Positions 37,462 through 47,937 of a DNA stretch of 64,000 nucleotides are shown one piece after another. Positions within the stretch are counted from its first letter, which is position 1. Each line of letters starts with the position of its first letter. The stretch comes from an uncultured Bacteroidota bacterium (GTDB lineage: Bacteria; Bacteroidota; Bacteroidia; Bacteroidales; VadinHA17): contig CAIJYD010000135.1 in NCBI GenBank assembly GCA_903824785.1, forward strand, positions 1,928 to 65,927. The letters run 5' to 3'. The notes under the pieces were generated by a model that was given only the letters and a program-made list of their open reading frames with translations, was not told the origin of the DNA and did no database searches. The position numbers and the translations under genes were made by a program.

Positions 37462-37932
37462 ATGAAAAACAGGTTTTACAGGTATATCCTTAAAATGTTT
37501 CTTTTTATAGCAATAGTTCAGCTATTCTCCTGCTCCCCAAAAGCTTGCTATGAAGATACTGAATCGTTGCTTAAGGCGAATTTTTATGGCTATTCAACTT
37601 TAAAGACCGCTGCTCCGGATAGTGTTACAATGTACGGTTTGTCGATGGAATCGGATAAATTATATAACAAAACAGCAAACCTGCAGCCGGCCCGAATACC
37701 ATTAAATGCTTCCTCTCCAAAATGCACCTACATAATAAGGATAAACGGAGTAACTGATACTATTCAGCTGTGGTACAGCTCTTACCCCCACCTGATATCA
37801 AAGGAGTGCGGTTATGCTTTTTTTCATAATCTTGATTCCCTGACTTATACTAAAAATAAAATTGACTCCATATCAAAGAGTAACAGCAATATAACAACCA
37901 TCAATGTTGAGAATATCAGGATATTTTATTAG
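37462..37932 (+). CDS. Hypothetical lipoprotein
   Basis: MKNRFYRYILKMFLFIAIVQLFSC gives a signal peptide and lipobox. No family is recognisable by eye. An alternative upstream ATG lies at 37369. Confidence 0.6.
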   Translation: MKNRFYRYILKMFLFIAIVQLFSCSPKACYEDTESLLKANFYGYSTLKTAAPDSVTMYGLSMESDKLYNKTANLQPARIPLNASSPKCTYIIRINGVTDTIQLWYSSYPHLISKECGYAFFHNLDSLTYTKNKIDSISKSNSNITTINVENIRIFY

Positions 37933-38695
37933 CCTTTTGCTAATCTCTTTCTGCAGTCTGAAAACGGTTCAGGCGCAGGATACAATCCAGTTTCCGCTTA
38001 AGATAAGAGGCGGATTGGAATTATCCGGCCCTGCTATCTATCTGTCTGATAAAAATATTATGAGTTATGAGGGATATGTCTCAGGGGATATAAATGAAAA
38101 GGTTTCTGCTGTTTTTGCAGCCGGCTATCTTAACCGGAAATACTCTCAATCTGACATCGATAATAACTACGAATATCTTACAAGTGGCATGTTTTTCAGG
38201 ACAGGACTTGATTTCAATCTGGTTAACCCAAAGAAATCGATGGGAAGATACTGGGCAGGAATAGGCCTCCGTTATGGAGTGTCTGTATTCAGTTCAGAAA
38301 ATCCCTCAATAAAAAAGGAAAATTACTGGGGAATATCTGCCATGTCTGTTGCTCCTCAGACAAAATGGGGCCATTTTCTGGAGGTATCTCCCGGGGCAAG
38401 AGCTGAAATTTTCAAAAATGTCAGCATCGGATGGAATATCAGTATAAGAAGACTCCTCTATAATGGTGCAGGAGATGATCTGCGACCTGTTTATCTTCCT
38501 GGCTTCGGCAACGGCACAAAAAAATTCAGCTCGGGAGTAGCCTACTACATCGTCTGGAACATTCCTTACAAAAAAATAAGGGTAATTACCAAGGTTGAAG
38601 AACCTGAAACCAGTGATGAAACAGATGGTACCGGTACAACCGGCAGCGGACAGAACTCTCCGGGCATGGTTCAAAAGCCAATAAACAACAGATAA
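37904..38695 (+). CDS. Hypothetical secreted protein, probably an outer-membrane beta-barrel
   Basis: Signal peptide ending TVQAQ. Alternating Gly/aromatic-rich segments. Thr/Gly/Ser-rich C-terminal tail. It overlaps the previous gene by 29 nt. Confidence 0.55.
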   Translation: MLRISGYFISLLLISFCSLKTVQAQDTIQFPLKIRGGLELSGPAIYLSDKNIMSYEGYVSGDINEKVSAVFAAGYLNRKYSQSDIDNNYEYLTSGMFFRTGLDFNLVNPKKSMGRYWAGIGLRYGVSVFSSENPSIKKENYWGISAMSVAPQTKWGHFLEVSPGARAEIFKNVSIGWNISIRRLLYNGAGDDLRPVYLPGFGNGTKKFSSGVAYYIVWNIPYKKIRVITKVEEPETSDETDGTGTTGSGQNSPGMVQKPINNR

Positions 38696-38744
38696 AACCT
38701 AAGCCTGACGGTTCTAAAATCCTTCAGGGGAAATTGAAATAAGT

Positions 38745-40214
38745 TTACACAGTCTGAGTTTCAGGCTTGTCTTTTTTTCTGCTGAATATCATCAGACCGG
38801 CAAATGTCAGTAGTCCGTTAACCAGAAGCAGCTCAAATCCAAATTTATACCCGTTAAATAATACTTCAGAATAGCTGCTCAAAAGGAAACATGTAACCGG
38901 TGAAATTACAGCAATAACCGGAGTTAATTTGTCATTAACGCTTCTTGTTGTAAATAGCCCGAAAGAGAATAATCCCAGCAATGGTCCATATGTATAACCT
39001 GCGATTGTAAACAGTTTATCAATAACAGCTTTATCTTTTAATGCGCTGAATGCCAATACACTTACAAAAAATACCATTGCAATGGAAAGATGAACAAAAT
39101 ACCTTATTCTTCTCTTGGCCTGTTCACTTATCCCTTCCCGTTTATCAAGTCCGAGGAAATCGATACTAACTGAGGTTGTAAGTGAAGTCAGCGCACCGTC
39201 GGCACTGGGAAAAGCAGCAGAAATAAGCCCGATCAGAAATACGAGACCAGCCACCGGTCCAAGATGACTGATGGCAATGGTAGGAAAGAGGTCATCGCTC
39301 GATCCTATTACCAACCCTTTGGTTTGTACGTAAATAAGCAGGATAGCTCCCAGAAACAGGAAGAGGAAATTTACAAAAAAAAGTATACCGCTGAATGTGA
39401 ACATATTTTTCTGTGCTTCCCTCAGATTTTTACAACTCAGGTTTTTTTGCATCATCTCCTGGTCGAGACCCGTCATGGTAATTGTTATGAACATACCGCT
39501 AAGAAACTGCTTTAGAAAAAACCTTGGATGTTGCCAGTCCATAACGAATATCTTTGAAGCAGAGCTCTCTTTAACGATGGAACCAAGTTTAATAAGTGAG
39601 ATATCCAGACTCTTTCCGATATAAATTACAGAAAGAACCACTGCAAGAAGCATGAAAGTAGTCTGCAGGGTATCGGTCCAGATTATTGTCCGTATTCCCC
39701 CTTTCATTGTATAAAGAATTATCAGAAGAATAAAAACCATGACATTTACCCAGAATGGAATATTCCATGCATCAAATACAAAAATCTGTAAAACATTTAT
39801 AACCACAAACATACGCAACGAAGCGCCAAGTGTTCTGGAGATTATAAAAAATCCGGCTCCTGTTTTATATGACCAGAAACCAAATCGATGATTCAAATAT
39901 GTATAGATAGATGTCAGTTTCAGTTTATAGTATAACGGTAACAGGACAAGGGCAATAACAAGGTACCCGAACATGTAACCCATAACAACAACCAGATAAC
40001 TGAATTGTGTCTCTTTAACCCATCCGGGCAAGGACATAAAAGTAACACCTGAGAGTGAAGCCCCTATCATCCCGTAAGCAACAACAAACCATGGAGAGGC
40101 TTTATTTCCTATAAAAAATGACTGGTTGTCGGCTTTTCGTGATGTAAACCAGGTAACACCAAACAGCATTACCGTATAAATCAGGAATATAACAAGAATC
40201 AGAATTGGAGACAT
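38745..40214 (-). CDS. Sodium:solute symporter family transporter
   Basis: About 13 predicted TM segments and SSF-like motifs (GASLSGVTFMSLPG...TDTLQT). Confidence 0.85.
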   Translation of the reverse strand: MSPILILVIFLIYTVMLFGVTWFTSRKADNQSFFIGNKASPWFVVAYGMIGASLSGVTFMSLPGWVKETQFSYLVVVMGYMFGYLVIALVLLPLYYKLKLTSIYTYLNHRFGFWSYKTGAGFFIISRTLGASLRMFVVINVLQIFVFDAWNIPFWVNVMVFILLIILYTMKGGIRTIIWTDTLQTTFMLLAVVLSVIYIGKSLDISLIKLGSIVKESSASKIFVMDWQHPRFFLKQFLSGMFITITMTGLDQEMMQKNLSCKNLREAQKNMFTFSGILFFVNFLFLFLGAILLIYVQTKGLVIGSSDDLFPTIAISHLGPVAGLVFLIGLISAAFPSADGALTSLTTSVSIDFLGLDKREGISEQAKRRIRYFVHLSIAMVFFVSVLAFSALKDKAVIDKLFTIAGYTYGPLLGLFSFGLFTTRSVNDKLTPVIAVISPVTCFLLSSYSEVLFNGYKFGFELLLVNGLLTFAGLMIFSRKKDKPETQTV

Positions 40215-40300
40215 ATTACAATTTATTTATTTACAAGGATAATAAAAAGAAAGCAGTACAAAAAATCAGGCACCAGATTAATAACCCCGGAAAATTGAAT

Positions 40301-40308
40301 TAATTTTG
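40301..40308 (+). promoter_or_regulatory. Candidate -7 box TAATTTTG for recR
   Basis: Exact TAnnTTTG match, 17 nt upstream of the ATG at 40325. Confidence 0.45.
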
Positions 40309-40324
40309 GCAGAAAGTTTTATTT

Positions 40325-40939
40325 ATGAGTTTTACAGAATTTCCTTCCAGGCTGCTCGAAAATGCAGTTAATGAATTTGCCACCCTTCCTGGAATCGGAA
40401 GAAAAACAGCATTCAGGCTGGTAATGAATCTGTTAAGAAGAAACAATGAAGATGTAAAAAGATTCGGAGAGAGTATAATAAAGCTGCATGGAGAGATTCT
40501 TTATTGTAAGAACTGTAACAATATTTCCGATACTGAAATCTGCAGCATCTGCAATGACGAGAAGAGAGAGAAGACGGTTATATGCGTTGTGGAAAGCATT
40601 CAGGATGTTATGGCTATTGAGAACACAAGGCAATTCAAAGGATTATATCACGTTCTTGGAGGAATCATCTCGCCGATAGATGGCATCGGCCCCTCCGATC
40701 TGAAAATAGACACTCTTGAATCAAAGGTCAAAGAGGGAGGTATCAAAGAGATAATCTTTGCCTTGTCGACAACAATGGAAGGCGACACAACAAACTATTA
40801 CCTCTACAGGAGACTTAATAAATATAATATCACGCTTACAACTCTGGCACGGGGAGTGGCAATTGGGGATGAACTTGAATATACCGATGAGATTACGCTG
40901 GGAAGAGCTATCAACAACAGAAATCCCTACCAGCAATGA
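40325..40939 (+). CDS. recR: Recombination protein RecR
   Basis: [12 protein letters not shown] helix-hairpin-helix, CKNC...CSIC zinc finger, and a Toprim region ([14 protein letters not shown]). Confidence 0.93.
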   Translation: MSFTEFPSRLLENAVNEFATLPGIGRKTAFRLVMNLLRRNNEDVKRFGESIIKLHGEILYCKNCNNISDTEICSICNDEKREKTVICVVESIQDVMAIENTRQFKGLYHVLGGIISPIDGIGPSDLKIDTLESKVKEGGIKEIIFALSTTMEGDTTNYYLYRRLNKYNITLTTLARGVAIGDELEYTDEITLGRAINNRNPYQQ

Positions 40940-40962
40940 TCGTTGAAATTAAATAGTAACGG

Positions 40963-41835
40963 ATGGATCTTTCTGTAATTATCGTAAACTACAATGTCAG
41001 GGATTTTCTGAGACAATGCCTGCTTTCGGTAAAAAAAGCTTCTGAAAACATAGAGTGCGAAATATTTGTAGTTGATAATAATTCACCCGATGATTCCTGT
41101 TTAATGGTTGAACAGGAGTTTCCCGGAATTATCCTCATTAAAAACAGGATCAACAGCGGTTTTTCCGCTGCAAACAATCAGGCTATAAAGCTGTCATCAG
41201 GCAGGTTTATCCTGCTTTTAAATCCTGATACCCTTATTGAAAAGGATACATTTATCAGGTGTATCGGCTTTATGGAAAGCCACCCTGATACCGGTGCAAT
41301 GGGAGTAAGAATGGTTAACGGAGAAGGAGTTTTTCTTCCGGAATCGAAAAGAGCCTTACCAACACCTCAGACAGCGTTTTTTAAAACTTTCGGGGTTGCA
41401 TTCATGTTTCCGCGATCAAAGATTTTGAACAGGTATTACCTCGCGCATATCAACAGCTCTGAAACATCAAAGGCTGAAGTAATTTCGGGGGCATTTATGT
41501 TTATAAGCAGCGAAGCACTCAGCAGAACGGGACCTCTTGATGAATCATTCTTTATGTATGGCGAAGATATTGATCTCAGTTACAGATTTTTAAAAGCCGG
41601 ATATAATAACTATTATTTCCCTGAAGTACAGATAATTCACTTCAAAGGGAAAAGTACCCCAAGAAATAACTTCGACGATATATTTCATTTTTACCATGCA
41701 ATGATAATCTATGTCCGGAAGAGGTCCGGAGAAGGAAAATTCCGATTTGCTCATCTTATTTTCATACCTGCCATTTACATCAGGGAAGGAGTGGCTCTCA
41801 TTAACAGGCTTTTCAGAATTATTTTTCACCGATGA
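40963..41835 (+). CDS. Family 2 glycosyltransferase
   Basis: LSVIIVNYN...VVDNNSPDDS...LNPDT...GAFMFI...GEDIDLSYR. Confidence 0.8.
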   Translation: MDLSVIIVNYNVRDFLRQCLLSVKKASENIECEIFVVDNNSPDDSCLMVEQEFPGIILIKNRINSGFSAANNQAIKLSSGRFILLLNPDTLIEKDTFIRCIGFMESHPDTGAMGVRMVNGEGVFLPESKRALPTPQTAFFKTFGVAFMFPRSKILNRYYLAHINSSETSKAEVISGAFMFISSEALSRTGPLDESFFMYGEDIDLSYRFLKAGYNNYYFPEVQIIHFKGKSTPRNNFDDIFHFYHAMIIYVRKRSGEGKFRFAHLIFIPAIYIREGVALINRLFRIIFHR

Positions 41836-41966
41836 TCATATAAACTTAAGTAACCATCCTGATTTGTTTCATGATAAAAGGATTATCAGAAACATTTCCG
41901 CCTGATATTTGTTTAGCAGATAAGGATTTTTATTCATAATTTTAATGATCCTGAAAAACTAGAGTT

Positions 41967-43265
41967 ATGGCAAGGATGAATATTATTTTACCTGCAATGG
42001 GTGAAGGAGTTATTGAAGCGACAATTAACAAATGGCTTGTTGCTGAAGGCTCAGGTTTTAAGGAAGATGATCCGCTCGTGGAAGTTGCAACCGATAAAGT
42101 GGATTCTGAAATTCCGGCACCTGCAACCGGTATACTTGTTTCTATTATTGCAAAAGAAGGCTCCGTTGCGAAAGTCGGGGATATAATTGCCCTCATTGAA
42201 AGCGATGTTCTGCAAACCCCTGAGATAACTGAGAAAGTTGAAAAGGAGGTTTTAAGAATCCGTGAGACGATTGATACTGTGCGTCTTGAAAAAAACAAAG
42301 TAGAGAAGTTATCGAATGAGATGAAGAGCAGGACCCCTTCCGGGAAATTCATATCCCCGCTTGTAAGAAGTATTGCCGCAAATGAAGGTGTCAGTTATTC
42401 TGATCTTGATAAAACAACAGGTACCGGAATGGACGGGAGAATAACCAGGGATGATATCTTAAAATTTATTGAAAACAGAAATAAAAGTAAAGAAGCCCTA
42501 CAGACTGCACTGATCCGGAAAGATACGAAGAGCGAAAACGCTCCCCGCGATCATTCTTCCGGAGATGAGATAATCCCAATGGACAGAGTTCGCAAACTCA
42601 TTGCTGACCATATGGTTTTATCAAAAAAAACATCACCTCATGTAACTTCGTTTATTGATGCCGATGTAACAAGGCTTATGAACTGGAGAAATGCCGTTAA
42701 GGATAAATTTCTTGCAACAGAGAAACAAAAGCTGACTCTGACTCCTGTTTTTATTGACGCGGTTGCAAGAGCGCTCTATGAATTTCCCCTTATAAACATC
42801 TCGGTTGAAGGCAATAATATCATTAAGAAAAAGAATATTAACATCGGAATGGCAACTGCTCTTCCCGATGGGAATCTTATAGTTCCTGTAATAAAAAATG
42901 CCAATGAAAAAAACCTTACCGGCATTGCAAAAGCAGTTAACGACCTTGCAGAAAGAGCCAGAAACAATAAATTAAAACCTGACGAAATCACAGGGGGTAC
43001 ATTTACAATTACGAATTTCGGAAGTTATAATAATCTTGCAGGCACTCCGATAATTAATCAGCCTCAGGCAGCCATTCTTGGAACCGGAGTAGTAAGAAAA
43101 ACACCGGTGGTCATAGAAACTCCGGACGGCGATATGATAGCAATCAGGCAGATAATTATTCTCTCATTAAGTTACGATCACAGGGTAATAGACGGTGCCC
43201 TGGCAGGAAGGTTCCTTCAGAAAGTTAAAGAGATCCTTGAAAACTACTCGTCTGATATCGTTTAG
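41967..43265 (+). CDS. 2-oxo-acid dehydrogenase E2 component (dihydrolipoamide acyltransferase); complex not assignable
   Basis: Lipoyl domain (EVATDKVDSEIPAP), E3-binding domain (ISPLVRSIAANEGV) and catalytic domain (LSYDHRVIDGA). No E1 or E3 genes are adjacent. Confidence 0.88.
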   Translation: MARMNIILPAMGEGVIEATINKWLVAEGSGFKEDDPLVEVATDKVDSEIPAPATGILVSIIAKEGSVAKVGDIIALIESDVLQTPEITEKVEKEVLRIRETIDTVRLEKNKVEKLSNEMKSRTPSGKFISPLVRSIAANEGVSYSDLDKTTGTGMDGRITRDDILKFIENRNKSKEALQTALIRKDTKSENAPRDHSSGDEIIPMDRVRKLIADHMVLSKKTSPHVTSFIDADVTRLMNWRNAVKDKFLATEKQKLTLTPVFIDAVARALYEFPLINISVEGNNIIKKKNINIGMATALPDGNLIVPVIKNANEKNLTGIAKAVNDLAERARNNKLKPDEITGGTFTITNFGSYNNLAGTPIINQPQAAILGTGVVRKTPVVIETPDGDMIAIRQIIILSLSYDHRVIDGALAGRFLQKVKEILENYSSDIV

Positions 43266-43569
43266 ATTGCTCGTCATTAAACCAGATAAATAGTTCCTTA
43301 AGATAAGTTTATCGAAGTGCCTAAGCAGGGATCAAGGGGGTAATTCATGAGAGAATTATTAACTGCATGAAGACCCATATTTTAATAAAATTCAGGCTAT
43401 TTAGAAAAAGAGGGCTGGCAGATAGCGGTTCTTTCTTAATTTTCCACTATATTAGTGCCTTTGAGTTTTGACCCAAATGTTATAGATTTTCTTTCTGTTG
43501 AAAATGAAAATTTAGCACTATAGTCAGACTATTGCTATTTGACATCATTCTAATCAGATCCGTTTTAAT

Positions 43570-46431
43570 ATGATGAAAAGGTATGTACTAATAACGTTGA
43601 TACTCACAGTATTTATCAATTGCGAGTTGTTTTCCCAGGCGAAAGTTGAAATAAAAAATAATTTTTATGATGCCGAAAGCTGGATTCTGTTTGAAGCATA
43701 TAAAGATGCTTTGCCATTATATCAGCAACTCCTGAAAATCTATCCGAAAAACTCAAATTTCAAATACAGGATAGGGCAATGCTATATAAACACTCCCGGA
43801 GAAAAAGTAAAAGCAATAAGTTATCTGGAAGATGCTGTCAAAAATATTAATCCAAGATACAAGGAGGGAAGATTCAGGGAAAACGGAGCTCCTTACGATG
43901 CCCTGTATTACCTTGCAAATGCCTACAGAATCAATAATCAACTCGAAAAGGCCCTTGATACTTATGAAATCTTCAAAAAAAATCTCAACCCCGAAATTTA
44001 TGATAGTGCAGTAGTCAGGCTTCAGATGCAATCGTGCCTTAATGCTCTGGAGCTTATGAGAAATCCTCTTTATGTCAGGGAGAAAAACCTTGGTAATATG
44101 ATAAATGAAGGAAACTCAGAGTTTTATCCGGTAATTTCCAACAATGAAGATCTCCTGGTTTTTTCAAGAAGTGAGCCATTTTACGATGCTATCCTCTACT
44201 CCACGAAAATTAACGGCCGTTGGTCGGCTCCGACAAATATGAATGAGGTGCTGAAAGTTGACAAAGACCTCTTCCCTACCTCCATTTCAAATGATGGAAA
44301 AACCCTTTATCTATACAGTTCTGCCGATTTCGATGGTATTATTTACACATCCCGGTTTGAAAACGGAACATGGACTCCTCTGTTAAAACTCAATGACCAT
44401 ATAAATACAAAATACTGGGAATCTCACGCAACGATCGCACACGATGATAAAAAACTTTACTTCACCAGTAACAGAAAAGGTACAATCGGAGGACTTGACA
44501 TATATGTTTCAGAAAGAGACTCTACAGGTGACTGGGGTGTTGCAGAAAACCTCGGCCCTGTTATAAATACGATCTACAATGAGGAATCTCCGTTTCTGAC
44601 CAGTGATGATAAAAATTTATTTTTCAGCTCAAGAGGTCATTTTAATATGGGTGGTTACGATATTTTCTATTCCAAAAAGAAGGAAAATAACGAATGGTCA
44701 GTACCTGTCAATGCCGGCTATCCTTTAAATACAACCGATGATGATGTGTTCTTTAAACCACTGAATGAAGGTTATCTGGGGTATATTGCAAGGGAGAATG
44801 CAAATGGCTATGGCAAACAGGATATCTACCATGTAGAGATCTTCAGCAAGGATCATCCGCGAAAATTCCTTGTAAGGGGAATGGTCAAGGTTGCTGACCT
44901 TATGCGCAGTGTAAACGACAGTGTGAGGGTAAGCGCCATGAATATTACAAATCCAAACCAGATGCTGATTGTATATTCCGACCCGAAGACAGGCGAATAT
45001 GAGTTTCAGCTACCTCAGGGCGATTTTCAGTTAACGTATGAAAGTGAAATAGGCGAAAAAATCGTCAAAAATATAGCCTTTTCACTTACAAACCCATCTG
45101 ACAGCATTATCCTTGCGGGAACAGTAATGCCAAAAACCGATTTTGTTGCCGATTTTACGGTTGAAAGCAATAAAACCATTCCATTTACAAAAGGAGACAC
45201 TATTGTCATCCCTATGAAGGTTGAACCGAACTCAATTCTCGTTGCTGAACACTGGACAACAGATGCTCTTGTCTCATCTGAGAATTTCCTGTTGAACAGC
45301 ACAGTTTTTAACTACAAAATGGTTCCCGACAGTTCATATAACAAGATAGTTTTCAAGCTTACCGACAGATTCAGTAATACCACTACTTCAGAAGTATTTA
45401 CGAATATGCAAAGAACCGTTACTGAACAACAGGTGGTAGTGCGTCCGGAATATACCAGGGTAATAGCGAAAAAACAGATCACAGCACTTACTGCAATGCT
45501 TATGAACCGCGGCGGCAACAGACTCTCCAGAATAGCAGCAGATACAACCATCAACAATCAGCAATTCGGGAAAATAGACGACATCATCTCTTATATGAAG
45601 GAGAAAGCTTCAAAGGACAATGTTAGCCCTGAGGAGCTGAACAAAATGGCGCTCAAAGTAGCTGTAATGGATAATGTGCTTACTCAGGCCGCCGTGGATC
45701 TTATAGCCAAAGATACCAGCAGTGATCTGAAAAAAGCGCTTTCAAATCTGGATATTTATAAAGCCAATCTAAAGAGCTGGAGTGATCTGCAGGAATATAT
45801 TTCGAAAAAATCGGGGAGCAGGATCAGCCCGGAAGAGTTGAATAAAATTGCAGAGGTTGCTCTGACAGAAACAGATCCGTCTATTGCACTGCTGAGAGAA
45901 AAAATGCTGGCATTCGGAGATAATTCCAAAACAGGAAAGGCTATCAGTCAATCGGTTGCAACTGCCGATCTGTTTAATGCCAAAACAAAAAGTCAATGGA
46001 TGAATGGCTTCCTGAAAGCAGCGGAATTAAATGGAGTTACAGCCGGCCAGATGACAAATATGCTGGTTCTGATAAGTTCATTACCAAATACTTCTGCTAA
46101 ACAATACCTGAGCGATTTAGCTGAAAGCTCTGATGAGCCTTTGGCATCCTTACTTAAATCACTTAATCTTGAAAAAGAAAGAATTAAAACTTCCAATGAC
46201 CTGATATTGTTTCTTCTAAAAAACAAAGAGAAAGGTAAGTATTCTGAAGAATCAGTTTATCAAGGCATTGCAAGTCTCGCGGCAGCAAAAGATATCAATA
46301 TTGCAACCATTAGCTCAGAATTGAAACCAGTGAAAAAGAGCAATATTTGGATCTTATGGACTCTTGCCGGAATTGCTGTTTTAGTTGCCTTCCTGATTTT
46401 GATGAGAAGAAAGGGGAATGTAAAAAAATAG
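43570..46431 (+). CDS. Envelope protein paralog 1: signal peptide, TPR-like region, TolB-like PD40 repeats, beta-sandwich region, long helical region, C-terminal TM anchor
   Basis: It shares with the next three genes the motifs Y..G.CYLN.PGEK, INTKYWESH, GG(L)D(I/L)Y, GP.INT..NE..PF, GH..MGGYD.F and GYP.N(T/S).DD. Its unique C-terminus contains two SPEELNK(M/I)A repeats and ends in IWILWTLAGIAVLVAFLILMRRKGNVKK. Confidence 0.8.
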   Translation: MMKRYVLITLILTVFINCELFSQAKVEIKNNFYDAESWILFEAYKDALPLYQQLLKIYPKNSNFKYRIGQCYINTPGEKVKAISYLEDAVKNINPRYKEGRFRENGAPYDALYYLANAYRINNQLEKALDTYEIFKKNLNPEIYDSAVVRLQMQSCLNALELMRNPLYVREKNLGNMINEGNSEFYPVISNNEDLLVFSRSEPFYDAILYSTKINGRWSAPTNMNEVLKVDKDLFPTSISNDGKTLYLYSSADFDGIIYTSRFENGTWTPLLKLNDHINTKYWESHATIAHDDKKLYFTSNRKGTIGGLDIYVSERDSTGDWGVAENLGPVINTIYNEESPFLTSDDKNLFFSSRGHFNMGGYDIFYSKKKENNEWSVPVNAGYPLNTTDDDVFFKPLNEGYLGYIARENANGYGKQDIYHVEIFSKDHPRKFLVRGMVKVADLMRSVNDSVRVSAMNITNPNQMLIVYSDPKTGEYEFQLPQGDFQLTYESEIGEKIVKNIAFSLTNPSDSIILAGTVMPKTDFVADFTVESNKTIPFTKGDTIVIPMKVEPNSILVAEHWTTDALVSSENFLLNSTVFNYKMVPDSSYNKIVFKLTDRFSNTTTSEVFTNMQRTVTEQQVVVRPEYTRVIAKKQITALTAMLMNRGGNRLSRIAADTTINNQQFGKIDDIISYMKEKASKDNVSPEELNKMALKVAVMDNVLTQAAVDLIAKDTSSDLKKALSNLDIYKANLKSWSDLQEYISKKSGSRISPEELNKIAEVALTETDPSIALLREKMLAFGDNSKTGKAISQSVATADLFNAKTKSQWMNGFLKAAELNGVTAGQMTNMLVLISSLPNTSAKQYLSDLAESSDEPLASLLKSLNLEKERIKTSNDLILFLLKNKEKGKYSEESVYQGIASLAAAKDINIATISSELKPVKKSNIWILWTLAGIAVLVAFLILMRRKGNVKK

Positions 46432-46561
46432 GCTGAGCAGGAACATGGTTATCAGGGATAAGGCTATATTTGTAAAGATGAAAAGTCATTTCTTTTGTTT
46501 CATTGTACTCTTTGAACTATAAAATAAGAATATCAGTTTAACCTTTTGCCATTATTTTAAT

Positions 46562-46569
46562 TAAATTTG
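46562..46569 (+). promoter_or_regulatory. Candidate -7 box TAAATTTG for paralog 2
   Basis: Exact TAnnTTTG match, 20 nt upstream of the ATG at 46589. Confidence 0.45.
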
Positions 46570-46588
46570 TTTGTCAAAATCTTTTGAT

Positions 46589-47863
46589 ATGAGCAAAAAA
46601 GCTCTCTTACTGCTTATTGTGTTCACTCTTTTCACCTCAGTTTTTGCTCAGGAGAATAAGGATCTTCAGGAAACATTCCTTGAAGCTGAATTCTTTTTAA
46701 TGAATGAAGATTATTCAGATGCGCTTACCTATTACCTGCAGCTGTATGAGAAGCTTCCTGAAAATGAGAACCTGGCTTATTGCATAGGAGTCTGCTATCT
46801 TAACCTTCCGGGGAAAAAGAATCTCTCTGTTGACTTTCTTGAAACAGCCACAAAAAACATGTCGGCAAAACACAAAGAGGGAACTGTTAACCAGATAGCT
46901 GCACCCTACGAGGCTCTCTATGAACTTGGGAAAGCCTATCGTATTAATTTCAAATTCGATAAAGCAAAAGAGACTTTAACCCGTTACTATGGAACGCTCC
47001 TCCCCGATGACCGTGAGAATCTTGATTTTATTAAACATGAAATAGAAATATGCACCACTGCAAAAGATCTTATCGCAAAACCCATTTCGTTTTCAGAGGA
47101 AAATGCAGGGCCGCTCTTTAACGACGAAAAATCAAATTTCAATCCTGTAATTTCAGCCGATGGCAAATCCTTTGCCTTTATGGTCTCTCTTAAATTCTAC
47201 GATGCTGTAATGTTCTCCCGTCTGGTTAACGGAAGATGGACCGTTCCGGTTAACATTACTCCTGAAATCCAGTCAGATGGAGATTTTTACATCTCTTGTC
47301 TCTCTGCCGATGGAAAAACACTGTTCCTTTCTAAAGATGATAATTTTAACAGTGATATTTTTTCCAGTTCATTTAATGGTACCAGCTGGTCAAAGACAGT
47401 TAAGCTAAATAAAAATATAAATACAAAATACTGGGAATCACATTGTTTTATGAATGAAGCCGGTGACAGGATTGTTTTCGCCTCTGACAGACCGGGTGGT
47501 TTCGGAGGGCTCGACCTTTATACTTCTGTTAAAGTAAACGGAGACTGGGGAGCAGCAGTAAACCTGGGACCGGAAATAAACACACCATTTAATGAGGACA
47601 GGCCATTCCTGATTAACAATGGGAAGATCCTGTTCTTCAGCTCTCAGGGGCATGAAAATATTGGCGGATATGATCTGTTCAGATCGGATCTTCAGTCAAA
47701 TGCCTTATGGAGTGAACCCATAAACTTAGGATATCCGCTTAATACTCCGGATGATAATATCTTCTTTATGCCGTTTAATGATGGCAAATCAGGTTATTGT
47801 TCAGTATTCAAACCCACAGGCGGTTTCGGAAAAGAAGATATTTACAAGATAACCCTGAAATAA
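46589..47863 (+). CDS. Envelope protein paralog 2: signal peptide, TPR-like region and PD40 repeats only (minimal core)
   Basis: It has the same core motifs as paralog 1 (CYLNLPGKK, INTKYWESH, GGLDLY, GPEINTPFNEDRPF, GHENIGGYDLF, GYPLNTPDD). I used the ATG at 46589 (MSKKALLLLIVFTLFTSVFAQ). Confidence 0.8.
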   Translation: MSKKALLLLIVFTLFTSVFAQENKDLQETFLEAEFFLMNEDYSDALTYYLQLYEKLPENENLAYCIGVCYLNLPGKKNLSVDFLETATKNMSAKHKEGTVNQIAAPYEALYELGKAYRINFKFDKAKETLTRYYGTLLPDDRENLDFIKHEIEICTTAKDLIAKPISFSEENAGPLFNDEKSNFNPVISADGKSFAFMVSLKFYDAVMFSRLVNGRWTVPVNITPEIQSDGDFYISCLSADGKTLFLSKDDNFNSDIFSSSFNGTSWSKTVKLNKNINTKYWESHCFMNEAGDRIVFASDRPGGFGGLDLYTSVKVNGDWGAAVNLGPEINTPFNEDRPFLINNGKILFFSSQGHENIGGYDLFRSDLQSNALWSEPINLGYPLNTPDDNIFFMPFNDGKSGYCSVFKPTGGFGKEDIYKITLK

Positions 47864-47903
47864 AAATTGACAGAATTTTTTTCAATTAATGTAGAAAAAT
47901 AAT

Positions 47904-47911
47904 TACATTTG
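47904..47911 (+). promoter_or_regulatory. Candidate -7 box TACATTTG for paralog 3
   Basis: Exact TAnnTTTG match. It is 27 nt upstream of the ATG at 47938 and only 6 nt before the ATG at 47917, which favours 47938 as the start. Confidence 0.45.
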
Positions 47912-47937
47912 TTTTGATGGGAATATTCAAAGTGAAA

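Noticed and set aside
41942-42352. 136 aa minus-strand ORF
   Set aside because: It is antisense to the lipoyl and linker region of the E2 acyltransferase. The translation is low-complexity and Ser/Thr/Ile-rich.
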